Shown: positions 11,101 through 20,941 of the stretch, piece after piece
Layout: the number at the start of each line of letters is the position of its first letter
Numbering within the stretch: the stretch's first letter is position 1
Virus record (IMG/VR): IMGVR_UViG_3300013232_000195
Length of the DNA stretch: 64,000 nt
Source of the DNA: an uncultured virus (IMG/VR IMGVR_UViG_3300013232_000195)
Taxonomy: Duplodnaviria > Heunggongvirae > Uroviricota > Caudoviricetes
Direction: 5' to 3' (one strand)
The notes under the pieces: model-generated
The model's input: only the letters and a program-made list of their open reading frames with translations
Database searches by the model: none
Told to the model about the DNA's origin: nothing
Position numbers and translations under genes: made by a program

Positions 11101-12210
11101 GCTTTCTCTGGAACTAGTGGATATTCAGCTTATTCTGGAACTAGTGGTACAAGCGGATATTCAGCTTACAGCGGACAGTCTGGAACGAGTGGCTACTCAG
11201 CTTACTCTGGATTGAGTGGTACGTCAGGCTACTCTGCTTTTAGTGGAACATCTGGATTCTCTGGAGAGAGCGCATATAGCGGTCAGTCTGGTTCTAGTGG
11301 TTATAGCGGATACTCAGGTACCAGCGGAACATCTGGATATTCTGCCTTTAGCGGTACTAGCGGATACTCTGGATTAAGCGGAACGTCTGGGTATTCTGCC
11401 TTCTCTGGGTTGAGTGGATACAGCGGATATAGTGGACTAAGTGGGACATCAGGATACTCAGCCTACAGTGGTGAAAGTGGTACGTCAGGAACTAGCGGAT
11501 ATTCTGCATTTAGTGGAAGCAGTGGTACGTCTGGATACTCAGGGTTTAGCGGTCAATCGTCATATAGCGGATACTCTGGATTAAGTGGTACATCTGGCTA
11601 TTCTGCTTTCAGCGGTGAGTCTGGATACAGTGGGTATTCCGCATTCTCTGGTACAAGCGGGTATAGCGGATACTCAGGTTCGAGTGGTACTAGTGGCTAT
11701 TCAGCATATAGCGGTACAAGTGGTGTTTCTGGCACGTCAGGATATTCGGCATATTCTGGAGCCAGTGGTACCTCTGGATATAGCGCTTTCTCTGGTACTA
11801 GTGGCTATAGCGGATACAGTGGTACGTCTGGGTATAGCGGTACATCTGGTTTCTCGGCAGTTGGTGGAGCGACAATAGCGACAGTATCAACCACCGACGC
11901 TACGGTTACAACGATTGTCACCATCGCCTTGCCTGCTGACCAAGTATTGCTTATTTACGCGGATATAGTTGGACGTAGGACGAATGCCAATGATGGTCAA
12001 GCAGGGTATATCCGTGAGGCCGTCGTATATAGAGCTGGTGGCGGATCTGCCACGCTTTTGTCTACGGTCAATACGCCACTGACCAGGGAAACTTTGACAG
12101 CGTGGAACGCGACGATATCGGTCTCGGGGAATAACGCCTTGATAACTGTTGTAGGAAGGGTCGGAGACAACATCGATTGGAGATGTAGTTACAGGACGGT
12201 GGGAGTGTAA
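8191..12210 (+). CDS. Giant Ser-Gly-X triplet protein (about 400 triplets) with a C-terminal globular domain of about 115 aa
   Basis: 1339 aa; near-continuous S-G-X from about 8240 to 11860 with regular SAF/SAY substitutions; C-terminus ATVSTTDATVTTIVTIALP...NIDWRC. Confidence 0.8.
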   Translation: MRVIDNLGRIKVVQDSYSGISGFSGFSSHSGFSGFVGESGPSGPSGASGFSGLGFSGEQGPSGTSGVSGFSSLSGTSGTSGTSGASGESGASAFSGVSGYSGDSGTSGASAFSGTSGVSGFSSLSGTSGQSGSSGYSAFSGTSGYSGYSGTSGYSAFSGDSGTSGYSAFSGYSGASGYSAFSGQSGSSGTSGYSAFSGVSGTSGYSAFSGSSGYSGSSGYSSFSGISGQSGASGFSGLSGTSGFSSFSGQSGTSGYSGTSGYSAYSGVSGASGYSAFSGTSGTSGYSAFSGTSGTSGYSAFSGTSGHSGTSGYSAYSGTSGTSGYSAFSGTSGHSGTSGYSAFSGTSGSSGTSGFSGQSGVSGFSAYSGQSGTSGYSGSSGTSGYSAFSGQSGTSGYSAFSGISGTSGYSAFSGISGYSGTSGYSAYSGASGTSGYSAFSGTSGHSGTSGYSAYSGTSGTSGYSGYSGQSGTSGFSAYSGQSGSSGYSGTSGTSGYSAFSGTSGTSGYSAFSGESGTSGYSAFSGTSGYSGYSAFSGDSGTSGYSAFSGTSGYSGVSGYSAFSGNSGSSGTSGVSGQSGLSGFSAYSGQSGTSGYSGSSGTSGYSAFSGDSGTSGYSAFSGTSGTSGHSAFSGLSGTSGSSGYSGTSGYSAFSGESGTSGYSAFSGTSGLSGTSGVSGDSGTSGYSGPSGTSGYSGTSAYSGSSGWSGLSGWSGTDGNLGVSGDSGWSGESGTSGSSGYSGYSGQSGASGYSGTSAYSGSSGWSGLSGWSGTDGNLGVSGDSGWSGESGTSGTSGYSGQSGTSGASAYSGLSGTSGFSGEGFSGPSGSSGTSGTSGTSGLSGDSGYSGSSGTSGYSAFSGVSGTSGYSAFSGTSGYSGYSGTSGYSAFSGTSGTSGASGTSGYSAFSGQSGTSGYSAFSGISGLSGTSGFSGESAYSGQSGSSGYSGYSGTSGTSAFSGASGYSGSSGYSAFSGTSGYSAYSGTSGTSGYSAYSGQSGTSGYSAYSGLSGTSGYSAFSGTSGFSGESAYSGQSGSSGYSGYSGTSGTSGYSAFSGTSGYSGLSGTSGYSAFSGLSGYSGYSGLSGTSGYSAYSGESGTSGTSGYSAFSGSSGTSGYSGFSGQSSYSGYSGLSGTSGYSAFSGESGYSGYSAFSGTSGYSGYSGSSGTSGYSAYSGTSGVSGTSGYSAYSGASGTSGYSAFSGTSGYSGYSGTSGYSGTSGFSAVGGATIATVSTTDATVTTIVTIALPADQVLLIYADIVGRRTNANDGQAGYIREAVVYRAGGGSATLLSTVNTPLTRETLTAWNATISVSGNNALITVVGRVGDNIDWRCSYRTVGV
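10267..10555 (+). repeat. Near-identical internal duplication, 171-nt period, encoding SAYSGSSGWSGLSGWSGTDGNLGVSGDSGWSGES
   Basis: Copies begin about 10267 and 10438 and differ at only a few synonymous sites. Confidence 0.8.
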
Positions 12211-15200
12211 ATGGCTATTCTAGGCTCAACCGATCTGGGCAATGGCATTTTTGCCCTCAGTGTAGATCACGATCCTACATCGACGGCGACAGACTGTCTG
12301 ACTGGATCTATGATCATCTATGGATCCATTTGGTACAAAAAGCTCGATGATGGATCAACCACGAACGTAGTTCTCGTGGGAATGTTTTCGTCTGGCGCGA
12401 TTACAAGTGGAATGCTGGGTGTTGGATCGGTACTCAGCGCGAACATAGCTTCTGGACAGATATCTTCAGCTCATTTAGCTTCTGGGACACTATTGCCAAA
12501 CCAGATTACATCTGGGGGGGTTGTTAGCGGGATGATTGGCAACGGATCTATCGTTTCTGGATCCATTGCTTCTGGCCAAATCAGCAGCGCTCACCTTGCC
12601 TCTGGAACGATCCTTCCGAATCAAATCACCAGTGGTGGTATTACTAGCGGAATGCTTGGTAACGGGTCTGTTGTTTCTGGGTCCATTGCTAGTGGATCCA
12701 TTGGGGCGAATCATTTTGCATCTGGGGCAATCCCTCCATCCTTGACCTCTGGGTATGTTACCTCTGGATATCTTGGTGACGGATCTGTTGTTTCTGGATC
12801 AATCGCTTCGGGTCAAGTCAGTTCTGCCCACTTTGCCAGCGGTACCATCCTGCCTCCAGCAAGCGGGTCTATCACGAGTGGAATGCTTGGTGACGGAGCG
12901 GTGGTTAGCGGTTCAATTGCCAGTGGCTCGATTGGAGCCACTCATCTGGCTTCTGGAACGGTCACTGCTTTTTCTCTATCTTCGGGTGTTGTCCAGTCGG
13001 GTCATCTTGGTGATGGGTCGGTGGTTTCGGGATCAATTGCCAGCGGTCAAATTGGCCTCTCTCACATTGCATCAGGCGTTCTGCCAGTTGTGTCGGGTAC
13101 AGTCACCCGTTTGGCTAAATTCGTCGATTCTGGTACGATGGTCGGCGATAGCGTGATTGAGGACGATGGGATTCTTGGTTCAGGTGGAGCAATTTGGGTT
13201 CGCGGGAAACGATTGCAATGGATCGTTAGTGGTTCATCTTCTGGTTTACCTCTTGATAATGCTCTTGACTGGGAATTCATCAGTGAACGTACTGCTCAGT
13301 TGTCAATGACGCTGTATCACCCGACTGGTTCAACTGCTCCTGCTAATATTAATAAACGCGCCCGTGGTACAATGGCAGTACCTTTGGGTATTCTATCTGG
13401 CGATACAATTTGTACATTTGGCGCTCGTGGATATGTAAGTGGCGTAGGTTTCCCTAGTGCATCACAAGCCTTTATCCAAGCAGTTGCAGAGAACGATTTC
13501 GTAAGTGGTTTCCAAGGAACTATCCTTAATTTCGCGGCTACCGCTTCTGGAACAACAAGCCGTAAACAAGTTGCGCGAGCAGCCGACCAAGCCTGGGAAC
13601 TAGGCCTTCCGTCTGGCGCTGGAGCTACGAACACTTTCCGTGGCAAACTGACATTCTGGGCTTCAGGTATCGGTTATAGAACGGACATCGTTCCAGCGTC
13701 AGTTCCTACAGACAACCAGATCATTACTCTTCCACCTGGTCCAGGCGCTTCTGGTACTTTCATCCAGACTGATTCCAGCGGCGTGTTGAACTGGGGAAGC
13801 CCAGCCAATCAGCTTGTCTCTGGCGCTATCACTAGCGGGATGATTGGAAATGGCGCAGTCGTTTCGGGAAGCATTGCCTCTGGACAGATCGGTCAATATC
13901 ATCTGGCTTCTGGGGTCGGCGCAACGCTGACCTCTGGGTCCGTTCAGTCTGGTCATCTCGGTGATGGATCAGTGGTCAGTGGATCCATTGCCAGTGGTCA
14001 GATCGGGGCTGAGCATTTGGCCTCGGGAATGTACGTTACTTCAGGATCTATCGGATCTGGTGATCTAGGAAATGGCGCGGTCCTATCTGCGAATATTGCT
14101 TCTGGTCAAGTAAGTTCAGCCCATTTCTCCTCTGGAACACTATTACCGAACCAAGTTACATCTGGTGGAATCACTAGTGGGATGCTTGGTGATGGAGCAG
14201 TAGTCAGCGGATCAATCGCTAGCGGTTCAATTTCAAGCGCCCATTTTGCAAGTGGAACGATTCTGCCTCCGTCATCTGGGTCAATCACTAGTGGAATGCT
14301 TGGTGACGGAGCCGTGGTTAGTGGCTCGTTAGCTAGCGGCATGACCTTGCTTTGGAACTCGATGGCTGGTACGGGTTTAGAGAAGGGCGGCATTATTTCT
14401 ATTACCAGCGGCGATAATACCAAGTTTGACATATCGTCTGGCGCAGGTTGGGTTGTCGACAATCACACTGATCCGTTGAATCCTGTCGCCACGTTCGTAC
14501 AATGGAATCAGTATACTGGTCAGACCGTGACGTACATGTCTGGGTCCGAGCAGTCGATGATCGGCATCACGGCGAGTGGTACAATCGTCCAGCAGGCCAG
14601 TAATCCATTTACTCCATCGCAGGTACGTGATTACATTGCATTGGGCAAGGTTATCCACAATGATCACACGGTTATAGAACGTGTCCGTATTGCCCCACGC
14701 GCCCTGTATAACGCCTCGCTGGATGCCGATGATATGTCTTGGGCGTTAGGGCCGATAACGGTAAATGGTATTGTAATTCATCCGAACGGTACCAATCTAT
14801 TCCTGAACAGGACATCAGGGACGATCCATGGTCTTGGAATCGGATACGCTTCTGGGTACAAGATTCCGAATTTCACTAATGTCACTTATACATCTGGACT
14901 TGGATTCTTCTATCGCTACCAAAATGGGTCTGGCTCTTTTGAATCGACAACAATTCGCTCTGGTGTCGATCCAGATTACTATGATGATGGGACTGGTACT
15001 TTGGCGGCTGTTCCTGGAGGGTCTTTCACAAATCAGAGGGTTTATGTATTCCCAACTGGCATAACATACCTTACTTACGGACAAGCTGTTTATAACAAGA
15101 TGGCAACGGCTCTTCAGGGTTTGACATCCGAGAATCCGACAATCGATCCAAATCTTGAGCAGGACGCTACGCTACGCGCAGTTTTGGTACTTCGACAGGG

Positions 15201-18200
15201 ATCTACTGACCTGACCGATACAACTCGCGCCACGTTTGTCGGTATTGGCAAGATCAATGATATTCCACCTGGAGTTGGCGTTGGAGAAACTGTAATTCAG
15301 TCTGGTGAGATTACATCAGGCATGATTGCAGATGGGGCCGTGGTGTCTGGTTCTATCGCAAGTGGTCAGGTTAGTTCCGCTCATTTCGCCTCTGGTACGA
15401 TTTTGCCCAACCAAATTACTAGTGGTGGAATTACCAGTGGGATGCTTGGTAACGGATCTGTTGTTAGCGGCTCGATTGCTTCTGGCCAAGTTTCATCCGC
15501 TCATTTTGCATCTGGTACAATCATTCCAAATCAAATTTCAAGTGGTGGAATCACCAGCGGTATGCTTGGCGATGGATCGGTCGTATCAGGAAGCATTGCC
15601 AGCGGTCAAGTAGGAAGCCCACATATAGCCTCGGGTGGTGTTTTGTCGGCCAACATCGCAAGTGGTCAGATTGGACTCAATCATCTGGCGAGCGGACTCT
15701 ACGTCACCTCTGGTACCATCACGTCTGGAGATCTCGGAAATGGAGCAGTTGTTTCAGGAAGTATTGCCAGCGGTCAGATTGGTTCACCACATTTAGCTTC
15801 TGGAGCTGTTTTAAGCGCAAACATTGGGTCTGGACAGGTTGGTGGATTCAAGATTTCGTCTGGTGGAATCACATCCTCGGCCTATGCATCTGGTTCGATC
15901 TCTACGTTCAAGATCGCTGCCGCCGCAATCACTTCTTCTCTTATTGCTAGTGGTCAGATTGGTTCACCACATTTAGCTTCTGGAGCTGTTTTAAGCGCGA
16001 ACATCGGGTCTGGACAGATTAGTTCAGCGCATTTCGCATCTGGAACAATTATGCCAGCTACCGTCCAGAGTGGAGGTATCACGTCTGGGCTTATTGGCGA
16101 TGGGGCCGTTGTCTCTGGTAGTATCGCTTCTGGCCAGATCGGTTGGTACCATTTGCAGTCAGGATTGATTAATCTAGCGTCAGGCGCTGGCTATGTCTCG
16201 TCTGGCCAGATTGGTAGTGGACAAATCAGCAATTTCCATTTGGCCAGCGGGGCGATCCTAGCTAGCAATTCGGTTGTAGATACTGCTAGATTCGGTTACT
16301 GGTTAGCCTCAAGTGATTTTACGACCCAACGCGCATTGGAGACGCTAGATAAGCATGGCATTGCCAACGAGCCAATGGGGTTCCCGACTTGGGCGGACAG
16401 CGAACTAGGTAGCGGTGGAATCCTTTTCGACAACACAAACCGAATTTTCACCATCCAGCCAGCGTCTGGAAAACCATCGTTCGATGTGTGGGTACGAGGA
16501 CGCCAATATATATTTAGCGGCGCTCAATCCATCAACATCTCTGGGTCAATTGCTTCGGGCATTGGCGAGGGCATGTGGTATTTCATGTTCACGTCGGGGG
16601 GCGTTCTGACTGCCAGCCCAACCATCTGGTCGTTCCCAGCAGGCGCTCCAATAATGGCGTCTTACTGGAATGCGACGAGCGGTCTGATGGACCCAATTAA
16701 TGAAGAGCGTCATGGCCTGACGATGGACTGGGCGACACACGAATACTTGCACGATACTGTCGGCGCTCGCTATCATCAAGGGCTTACCCTTACTGGAACT
16801 ATAACTGGAGCTGGAAACGCAGATGGAGATGCTCAAGTCTCGATATCAGATGGATCGTTCCACGATGAAGATAACGAAATCAATATTACAAGCGGACTAA
16901 GCTCTGGTCAGTTCCAACAGAGAATTGCTCCGATTGCTTATTTACCTGTATTCTACAGACTTGGAGTCAGCGGCCCATGGCGCAGTAAAATAGCAAATGC
17001 GTTCCCTGTTTACGAGAACACAGCTGATGAAATCAGCTATAACCTAGATACGGCTGGTACTTGGTCTATTCCACCTGCAACAAACACAAATTTCGTGGCG
17101 ATGTGGTTGTTTGCGACGACTGATTACTACGAGCCAATCATCGCGGTAATGGGTCAACGGCAGGATAACACACTAGCCACCGCCCAAGCCAACAACACAT
17201 ACGGCTCGCTCGTGTTTGGCAATCTGCCCGTCTCCGAGGCGAAGATAATCTATAGGCTGATCTTCCAGACGTCAGTTGGTTACGCCAATTCTGTACGCGC
17301 CCGCCTACGTGATATCCAAGATCTTAGGTCTGTCACTAATTTGCCAGCTGGAACTTATGTTGCGACGGACCACAACAGCTTAACTGGTTTGTCCACGTAC
17401 CCAGCTCATCCTGCTGCGGCGCTTAATATAGATATCACTACCTGGAGTGGAACACTATCAGCGGCTTCTGGAACTGTCCAAGCTGCGTTGAACATTATTG
17501 ACCAGATTGTCATACAGTCTAGCAATTATGCATCTGGTTCTATTGGATCGTTCCCATTGGCAAACAGCGCGGTTTTGAGCGCCAACATTGCCTCTGGTCA
17601 AATTGGTTGGCAGCATTTGCGTAGTGGGTTGTTGAATCTAACAAGCGGCATTGGGACAGTCTCATCTGCTCAGATCGCCAGTGGTCAGGTTGGATCGACA
17701 CATCTTGCTGATGGATCAGTTCTATCTGGAAATATTGGATCAGGACAAGTTAGTTCCGCCCATTTCGCATCGGGAACTCTGCTTCCAAATCAAATCACTT
17801 CTGGCGGAATTACCTCTGGAATGCTGGGTGATGGATCTGTTGTTTCTGGTTCTATCGCTAGTGGCCAAGTCTCTTCTGCTCATTTTGCCAGCGGAACAAT
17901 ATTACCCAACCAAGTTACATCTGGCGGAATTACAAGCGGGATGCTTGGTGACGGGGCAGTCGTCTCAGGTTCTGTGGCCTCAGGGCAGATTGGATACTAT
18001 CACGTTGCCTCTGGCCTCAATATTACCTCTGGATCGATCACGTCTGGTGATTTGGGTAACGCCGCAGTTGTTTCAGCAAATATTGCTTCTGGACAAATAG
18101 GCGCTCGACACCTTGCTTCGGGGATTGTCATTGGATCTATCACTTCAGGCGCAATTCAATCTGGTGATCTTGGAGTTGCAGTAGTTGTTTCAGCAAATAT

Positions 18201-19566
18201 TGCTTCTGGTCAAGTTGGTCAATCTCATATTGCAAGCGGAGGCATCACCAGCGCTCATTACGCCTCTGGATCAATCAATGGCTTCAAGATTGGAGCTGGC
18301 GCTATCATCAGCGCGAATTATTCCTCTGGATCGATTGGACAGTCACATTTGGCGGATGGAAGCGTTCTTTCGGCTCATATCGCTAGTGGTCAAGTTTCCA
18401 GTTCCCATTTTGCCTCGGGAACGTTGCTACCGAACCAAGTCACTTCTGGTGGAATTACCAGTGGTATGCTCGGAGACGGAGCAGTCGTTTCGGGAAGCAT
18501 TGCCTCTGGACAGATTGGTCAATACCATCTGGCTTCTGGGGTCGGCGGTAGCGCGACATTGACCTCTGGTTCTGTTCAATCTGGTCATCTTGGTGATGGT
18601 TCGGTTGTCAGTGGGTCGATTGCTAGTGGTCAGATTGATGGGACGCATATCGCCGCAGGCGCATTACTATCGGCTAACTTTGGATCAGGGCAGATTAGTT
18701 CTGCTCATCTTGCATCTGGTACAATTCCTGCTGGGGCCTCTCTGACCTCTGGTTCTGTTCAGTCTGGTCATCTTGGTGATGGTTCGGTGGTCAGCGGGTC
18801 AATTGCTAGTGGTCAAGTTAGTTCTGCTCATTTTGCATCAGGAACGCTACTTCCAAATCAAATTACATCTGGCGGAATAACCAGTGGGATGATTGGTGAT
18901 GGAGCAGTTGTGTCTGGGGGTGTGGCATCTGGCCAACTGTGGTTGTATCACTTTGCCAGCGGATCATGGGTTACTTCTGGTACTATTACTTCTGGCGATC
19001 TTGGTGATAGTTCCGTCCTTTCTGGGTCTATCGGTTCAGGTCAGATTGGAAACCCACATCTTACTAATGGAGCTATTTTAAGCGCTAATATTGCTTCTGG
19101 GCAGGTTGGTTTCCCACATCTGGCTGCTGATTCCGTCCGATCCGCGCAGATTGCATCTGGTTCAGTTGGTCAATCAATCATTTCTAGTGGTGGTGTTACT
19201 AGCGCTCATTATGCTTCTGGTAGCATCAGTTATTTCAAGATTGCATCAGGACAAGTCCAAGCGCAGACCATAGGGTCAGGCGCTGTAAATTCTGGTAAAT
19301 ATGCTTCAGGATCAATCTCGGCATTCAAGTTCGCCCCAGGCGCGGTACAGAGCGCGGCCATCGCCAGCGGGAACGTGGGTACTCAACACATCGCTGCTGG
19401 TGTAATAGCTAGTTCCTTAGTCGCATCAGGCATGATTGCGTTTGCCGTTCCATCATTCAGTGGCCAGCCTGGAGGTACGGTGGAAGGGTTGATAACCGTT
19501 GACCCATACAATGGTAGGATTTGGGTGTACGCTTCTGGTGGTTGGCGTTTCGCCGCTTTGACCTAA
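12211..19566 (+). CDS. 2451-aa fibre-like protein of SG-rich pentapeptide repeats (ITSGM-LGDGA-VVSGS-IASGQ-VSSAH-FASGT) interrupted by three globular domains
   Basis: Starts immediately after the upstream TAA. The 5-residue period resembles the DGAVTSAKIA-type repeats of phage tail fibres. Non-repeat inserts at about 13.1-13.8, 14.35-15.3 and 16.3-17.5 kb. Confidence 0.7.
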   Translation: MAILGSTDLGNGIFALSVDHDPTSTATDCLTGSMIIYGSIWYKKLDDGSTTNVVLVGMFSSGAITSGMLGVGSVLSANIASGQISSAHLASGTLLPNQITSGGVVSGMIGNGSIVSGSIASGQISSAHLASGTILPNQITSGGITSGMLGNGSVVSGSIASGSIGANHFASGAIPPSLTSGYVTSGYLGDGSVVSGSIASGQVSSAHFASGTILPPASGSITSGMLGDGAVVSGSIASGSIGATHLASGTVTAFSLSSGVVQSGHLGDGSVVSGSIASGQIGLSHIASGVLPVVSGTVTRLAKFVDSGTMVGDSVIEDDGILGSGGAIWVRGKRLQWIVSGSSSGLPLDNALDWEFISERTAQLSMTLYHPTGSTAPANINKRARGTMAVPLGILSGDTICTFGARGYVSGVGFPSASQAFIQAVAENDFVSGFQGTILNFAATASGTTSRKQVARAADQAWELGLPSGAGATNTFRGKLTFWASGIGYRTDIVPASVPTDNQIITLPPGPGASGTFIQTDSSGVLNWGSPANQLVSGAITSGMIGNGAVVSGSIASGQIGQYHLASGVGATLTSGSVQSGHLGDGSVVSGSIASGQIGAEHLASGMYVTSGSIGSGDLGNGAVLSANIASGQVSSAHFSSGTLLPNQVTSGGITSGMLGDGAVVSGSIASGSISSAHFASGTILPPSSGSITSGMLGDGAVVSGSLASGMTLLWNSMAGTGLEKGGIISITSGDNTKFDISSGAGWVVDNHTDPLNPVATFVQWNQYTGQTVTYMSGSEQSMIGITASGTIVQQASNPFTPSQVRDYIALGKVIHNDHTVIERVRIAPRALYNASLDADDMSWALGPITVNGIVIHPNGTNLFLNRTSGTIHGLGIGYASGYKIPNFTNVTYTSGLGFFYRYQNGSGSFESTTIRSGVDPDYYDDGTGTLAAVPGGSFTNQRVYVFPTGITYLTYGQAVYNKMATALQGLTSENPTIDPNLEQDATLRAVLVLRQGSTDLTDTTRATFVGIGKINDIPPGVGVGETVIQSGEITSGMIADGAVVSGSIASGQVSSAHFASGTILPNQITSGGITSGMLGNGSVVSGSIASGQVSSAHFASGTIIPNQISSGGITSGMLGDGSVVSGSIASGQVGSPHIASGGVLSANIASGQIGLNHLASGLYVTSGTITSGDLGNGAVVSGSIASGQIGSPHLASGAVLSANIGSGQVGGFKISSGGITSSAYASGSISTFKIAAAAITSSLIASGQIGSPHLASGAVLSANIGSGQISSAHFASGTIMPATVQSGGITSGLIGDGAVVSGSIASGQIGWYHLQSGLINLASGAGYVSSGQIGSGQISNFHLASGAILASNSVVDTARFGYWLASSDFTTQRALETLDKHGIANEPMGFPTWADSELGSGGILFDNTNRIFTIQPASGKPSFDVWVRGRQYIFSGAQSINISGSIASGIGEGMWYFMFTSGGVLTASPTIWSFPAGAPIMASYWNATSGLMDPINEERHGLTMDWATHEYLHDTVGARYHQGLTLTGTITGAGNADGDAQVSISDGSFHDEDNEINITSGLSSGQFQQRIAPIAYLPVFYRLGVSGPWRSKIANAFPVYENTADEISYNLDTAGTWSIPPATNTNFVAMWLFATTDYYEPIIAVMGQRQDNTLATAQANNTYGSLVFGNLPVSEAKIIYRLIFQTSVGYANSVRARLRDIQDLRSVTNLPAGTYVATDHNSLTGLSTYPAHPAAALNIDITTWSGTLSAASGTVQAALNIIDQIVIQSSNYASGSIGSFPLANSAVLSANIASGQIGWQHLRSGLLNLTSGIGTVSSAQIASGQVGSTHLADGSVLSGNIGSGQVSSAHFASGTLLPNQITSGGITSGMLGDGSVVSGSIASGQVSSAHFASGTILPNQVTSGGITSGMLGDGAVVSGSVASGQIGYYHVASGLNITSGSITSGDLGNAAVVSANIASGQIGARHLASGIVIGSITSGAIQSGDLGVAVVVSANIASGQVGQSHIASGGITSAHYASGSINGFKIGAGAIISANYSSGSIGQSHLADGSVLSAHIASGQVSSSHFASGTLLPNQVTSGGITSGMLGDGAVVSGSIASGQIGQYHLASGVGGSATLTSGSVQSGHLGDGSVVSGSIASGQIDGTHIAAGALLSANFGSGQISSAHLASGTIPAGASLTSGSVQSGHLGDGSVVSGSIASGQVSSAHFASGTLLPNQITSGGITSGMIGDGAVVSGGVASGQLWLYHFASGSWVTSGTITSGDLGDSSVLSGSIGSGQIGNPHLTNGAILSANIASGQVGFPHLAADSVRSAQIASGSVGQSIISSGGVTSAHYASGSISYFKIASGQVQAQTIGSGAVNSGKYASGSISAFKFAPGAVQSAAIASGNVGTQHIAAGVIASSLVASGMIAFAVPSFSGQPGGTVEGLITVDPYNGRIWVYASGGWRFAALT

Positions 19567-19578
19567 TAGGAATCTCCG

Positions 19579-20367
19579 ATGATCGTCGCAAAACGGAAAG
19601 CATGGAAGGCGTGGGACCCCACCCAAATGACCACTTTGGCATGGTATGATGCCACAGATGGAACCTACATCACTCAGACAGGCGGGCTTGTTGATCAGTG
19701 GGACGACAGGAGCGGCAACACGAGGCATCTTGCACAGGCAGGTGCGGCGAGACCGACCTACGCCGCAAGTACTGTTAGTTTCGATGGCCTTGCCCAATAC
19801 CTGGTCAATGCCCTCCCGTTCATGTACGCAAATGGGAATCTGTCAGTGTCCTGTGTTGCTGCGATCAACAACGCGGCTGGTACAGACAGGCGGCTTGTTT
19901 CTGAGCGGTCCACTGCGGCAACTGCTCCGTTCTATGGTTTTGAGAATCACAACACTGACGGCAGTCAGATGTGTATGTACATTCGTAATGACGCCAACAC
20001 GGCCTTGCGCGATCACACGCCGCTGAGTAATACTGGGGCGTTCAACAACACGCAACGGATCTACGTCTGGGGCGACACTGGTTCACGGCTGATGGGGTTT
20101 TTCAATGGCGCAGGCGCTGTCCATGCCAACTACACCCGTTCTGGTACGCTGACACCGAACCGCTTCGGAATGGGTGGTACGGTCGGCGCGACACCTGGTG
20201 CCTTCCTGGACTGCGATGTCAACGAACTCATTATAACCGATTTCTTGGATATACAGGCGCGTCAGTTGATGGAAGGTTATTTAGCATGGAAATGGGGTCT
20301 TGAAGCATCATTACCAGCAAGCCATCCGTTTGCAAGTTGTGAGCCAAGGTTGCCGAAAGCGCCGTAG
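19579..20367 (+). CDS. ConA/LamG-like (lectin-fold) virion-associated protein, paralogue 1
   Basis: WDP..LAWYDATD...VDQWDDRSGN.RHL.Q and C-terminal RQLMEGYLAWKWGL...LP.SHPF, shared with the 20942 and 21758 genes. Confidence 0.6.
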   Translation: MIVAKRKAWKAWDPTQMTTLAWYDATDGTYITQTGGLVDQWDDRSGNTRHLAQAGAARPTYAASTVSFDGLAQYLVNALPFMYANGNLSVSCVAAINNAAGTDRRLVSERSTAATAPFYGFENHNTDGSQMCMYIRNDANTALRDHTPLSNTGAFNNTQRIYVWGDTGSRLMGFFNGAGAVHANYTRSGTLTPNRFGMGGTVGATPGAFLDCDVNELIITDFLDIQARQLMEGYLAWKWGLEASLPASHPFASCEPRLPKAP

Positions 20368-20376
20368 GAGCTGAAC

Positions 20377-20940
20377 ATGCTGGTCGGGCGGATAAAACCT
20401 GTTTGGACGAACTATTACTTCGACGATGGTACGTTGCAGGGCTGGACGGATGTCAACCCCACTGGTACATACAAATTTACCGCGCAGGATGGTACTGGAA
20501 CGGACACGGGGGCTGCACAGACACTTCCTTATTTCGTAGGAATCAACGATTGGGCGCAACGCGACGATAATCTTAGTACTATCTGGATCAGGTCTCCCAA
20601 GTTCAAACTTTGGGGGACACCAGGTCAGGCATTGACGTTCTACCTGTCTGGCGGGATGGGATTTGGAGTTGCGGCGCTACCACAGTATGATTCTGAAATA
20701 CCAACGGGAGATGGATCTACAACCACAGGGTTCATGGGCGTGGCGCTTCGGGACGATGACACTGGCGAGTTTCTACTCAAAGCTTCTCGCGCTGCAAACT
20801 TAAACGTTTGGACTCCGTTTGGGTTCAATGTTTCATCTTACCTAAACGATGGTAAATATTATACGCTAGATCTGATAGACTTCTTCCGTGGCAGTTGGGG
20901 CTTTGTGGCGATGGATTCGGTTCGGATACCAGGGAGCTGA
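20377..20940 (+). CDS. Putative carbohydrate-binding beta-sandwich protein
   Basis: 187 aa; FDDGTLQGWT start and GSWGFVAMDSV end resemble CBM-like jelly-roll modules; AGGAG RBS. Confidence 0.45.
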   Translation: MLVGRIKPVWTNYYFDDGTLQGWTDVNPTGTYKFTAQDGTGTDTGAAQTLPYFVGINDWAQRDDNLSTIWIRSPKFKLWGTPGQALTFYLSGGMGFGVAALPQYDSEIPTGDGSTTTGFMGVALRDDDTGEFLLKASRAANLNVWTPFGFNVSSYLNDGKYYTLDLIDFFRGSWGFVAMDSVRIPGS

Positions 20941-20941
20941 G

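Noticed and set aside
8240..11860. CRISPR array or non-coding satellite
   Set aside because: The repeats are 9-nt coding units with free third positions in one open frame; there is no repeat-spacer structure and no cas gene.
13850..18630. Diversity-generating retroelement TR/VR pair (near-identical segments near 13855 and 18481)
   Set aside because: Differences are mostly synonymous and not adenine-specific, both copies are coding, and no reverse transcriptase is present in the window.
8191..19566. Many 60-150 aa alternative-frame and antisense ORFs (LVxLVx / xQWxQW-like) within the repeat genes
   Set aside because: Frame shadows of SGX and pentapeptide codon repeats; no RBSs or independent features.
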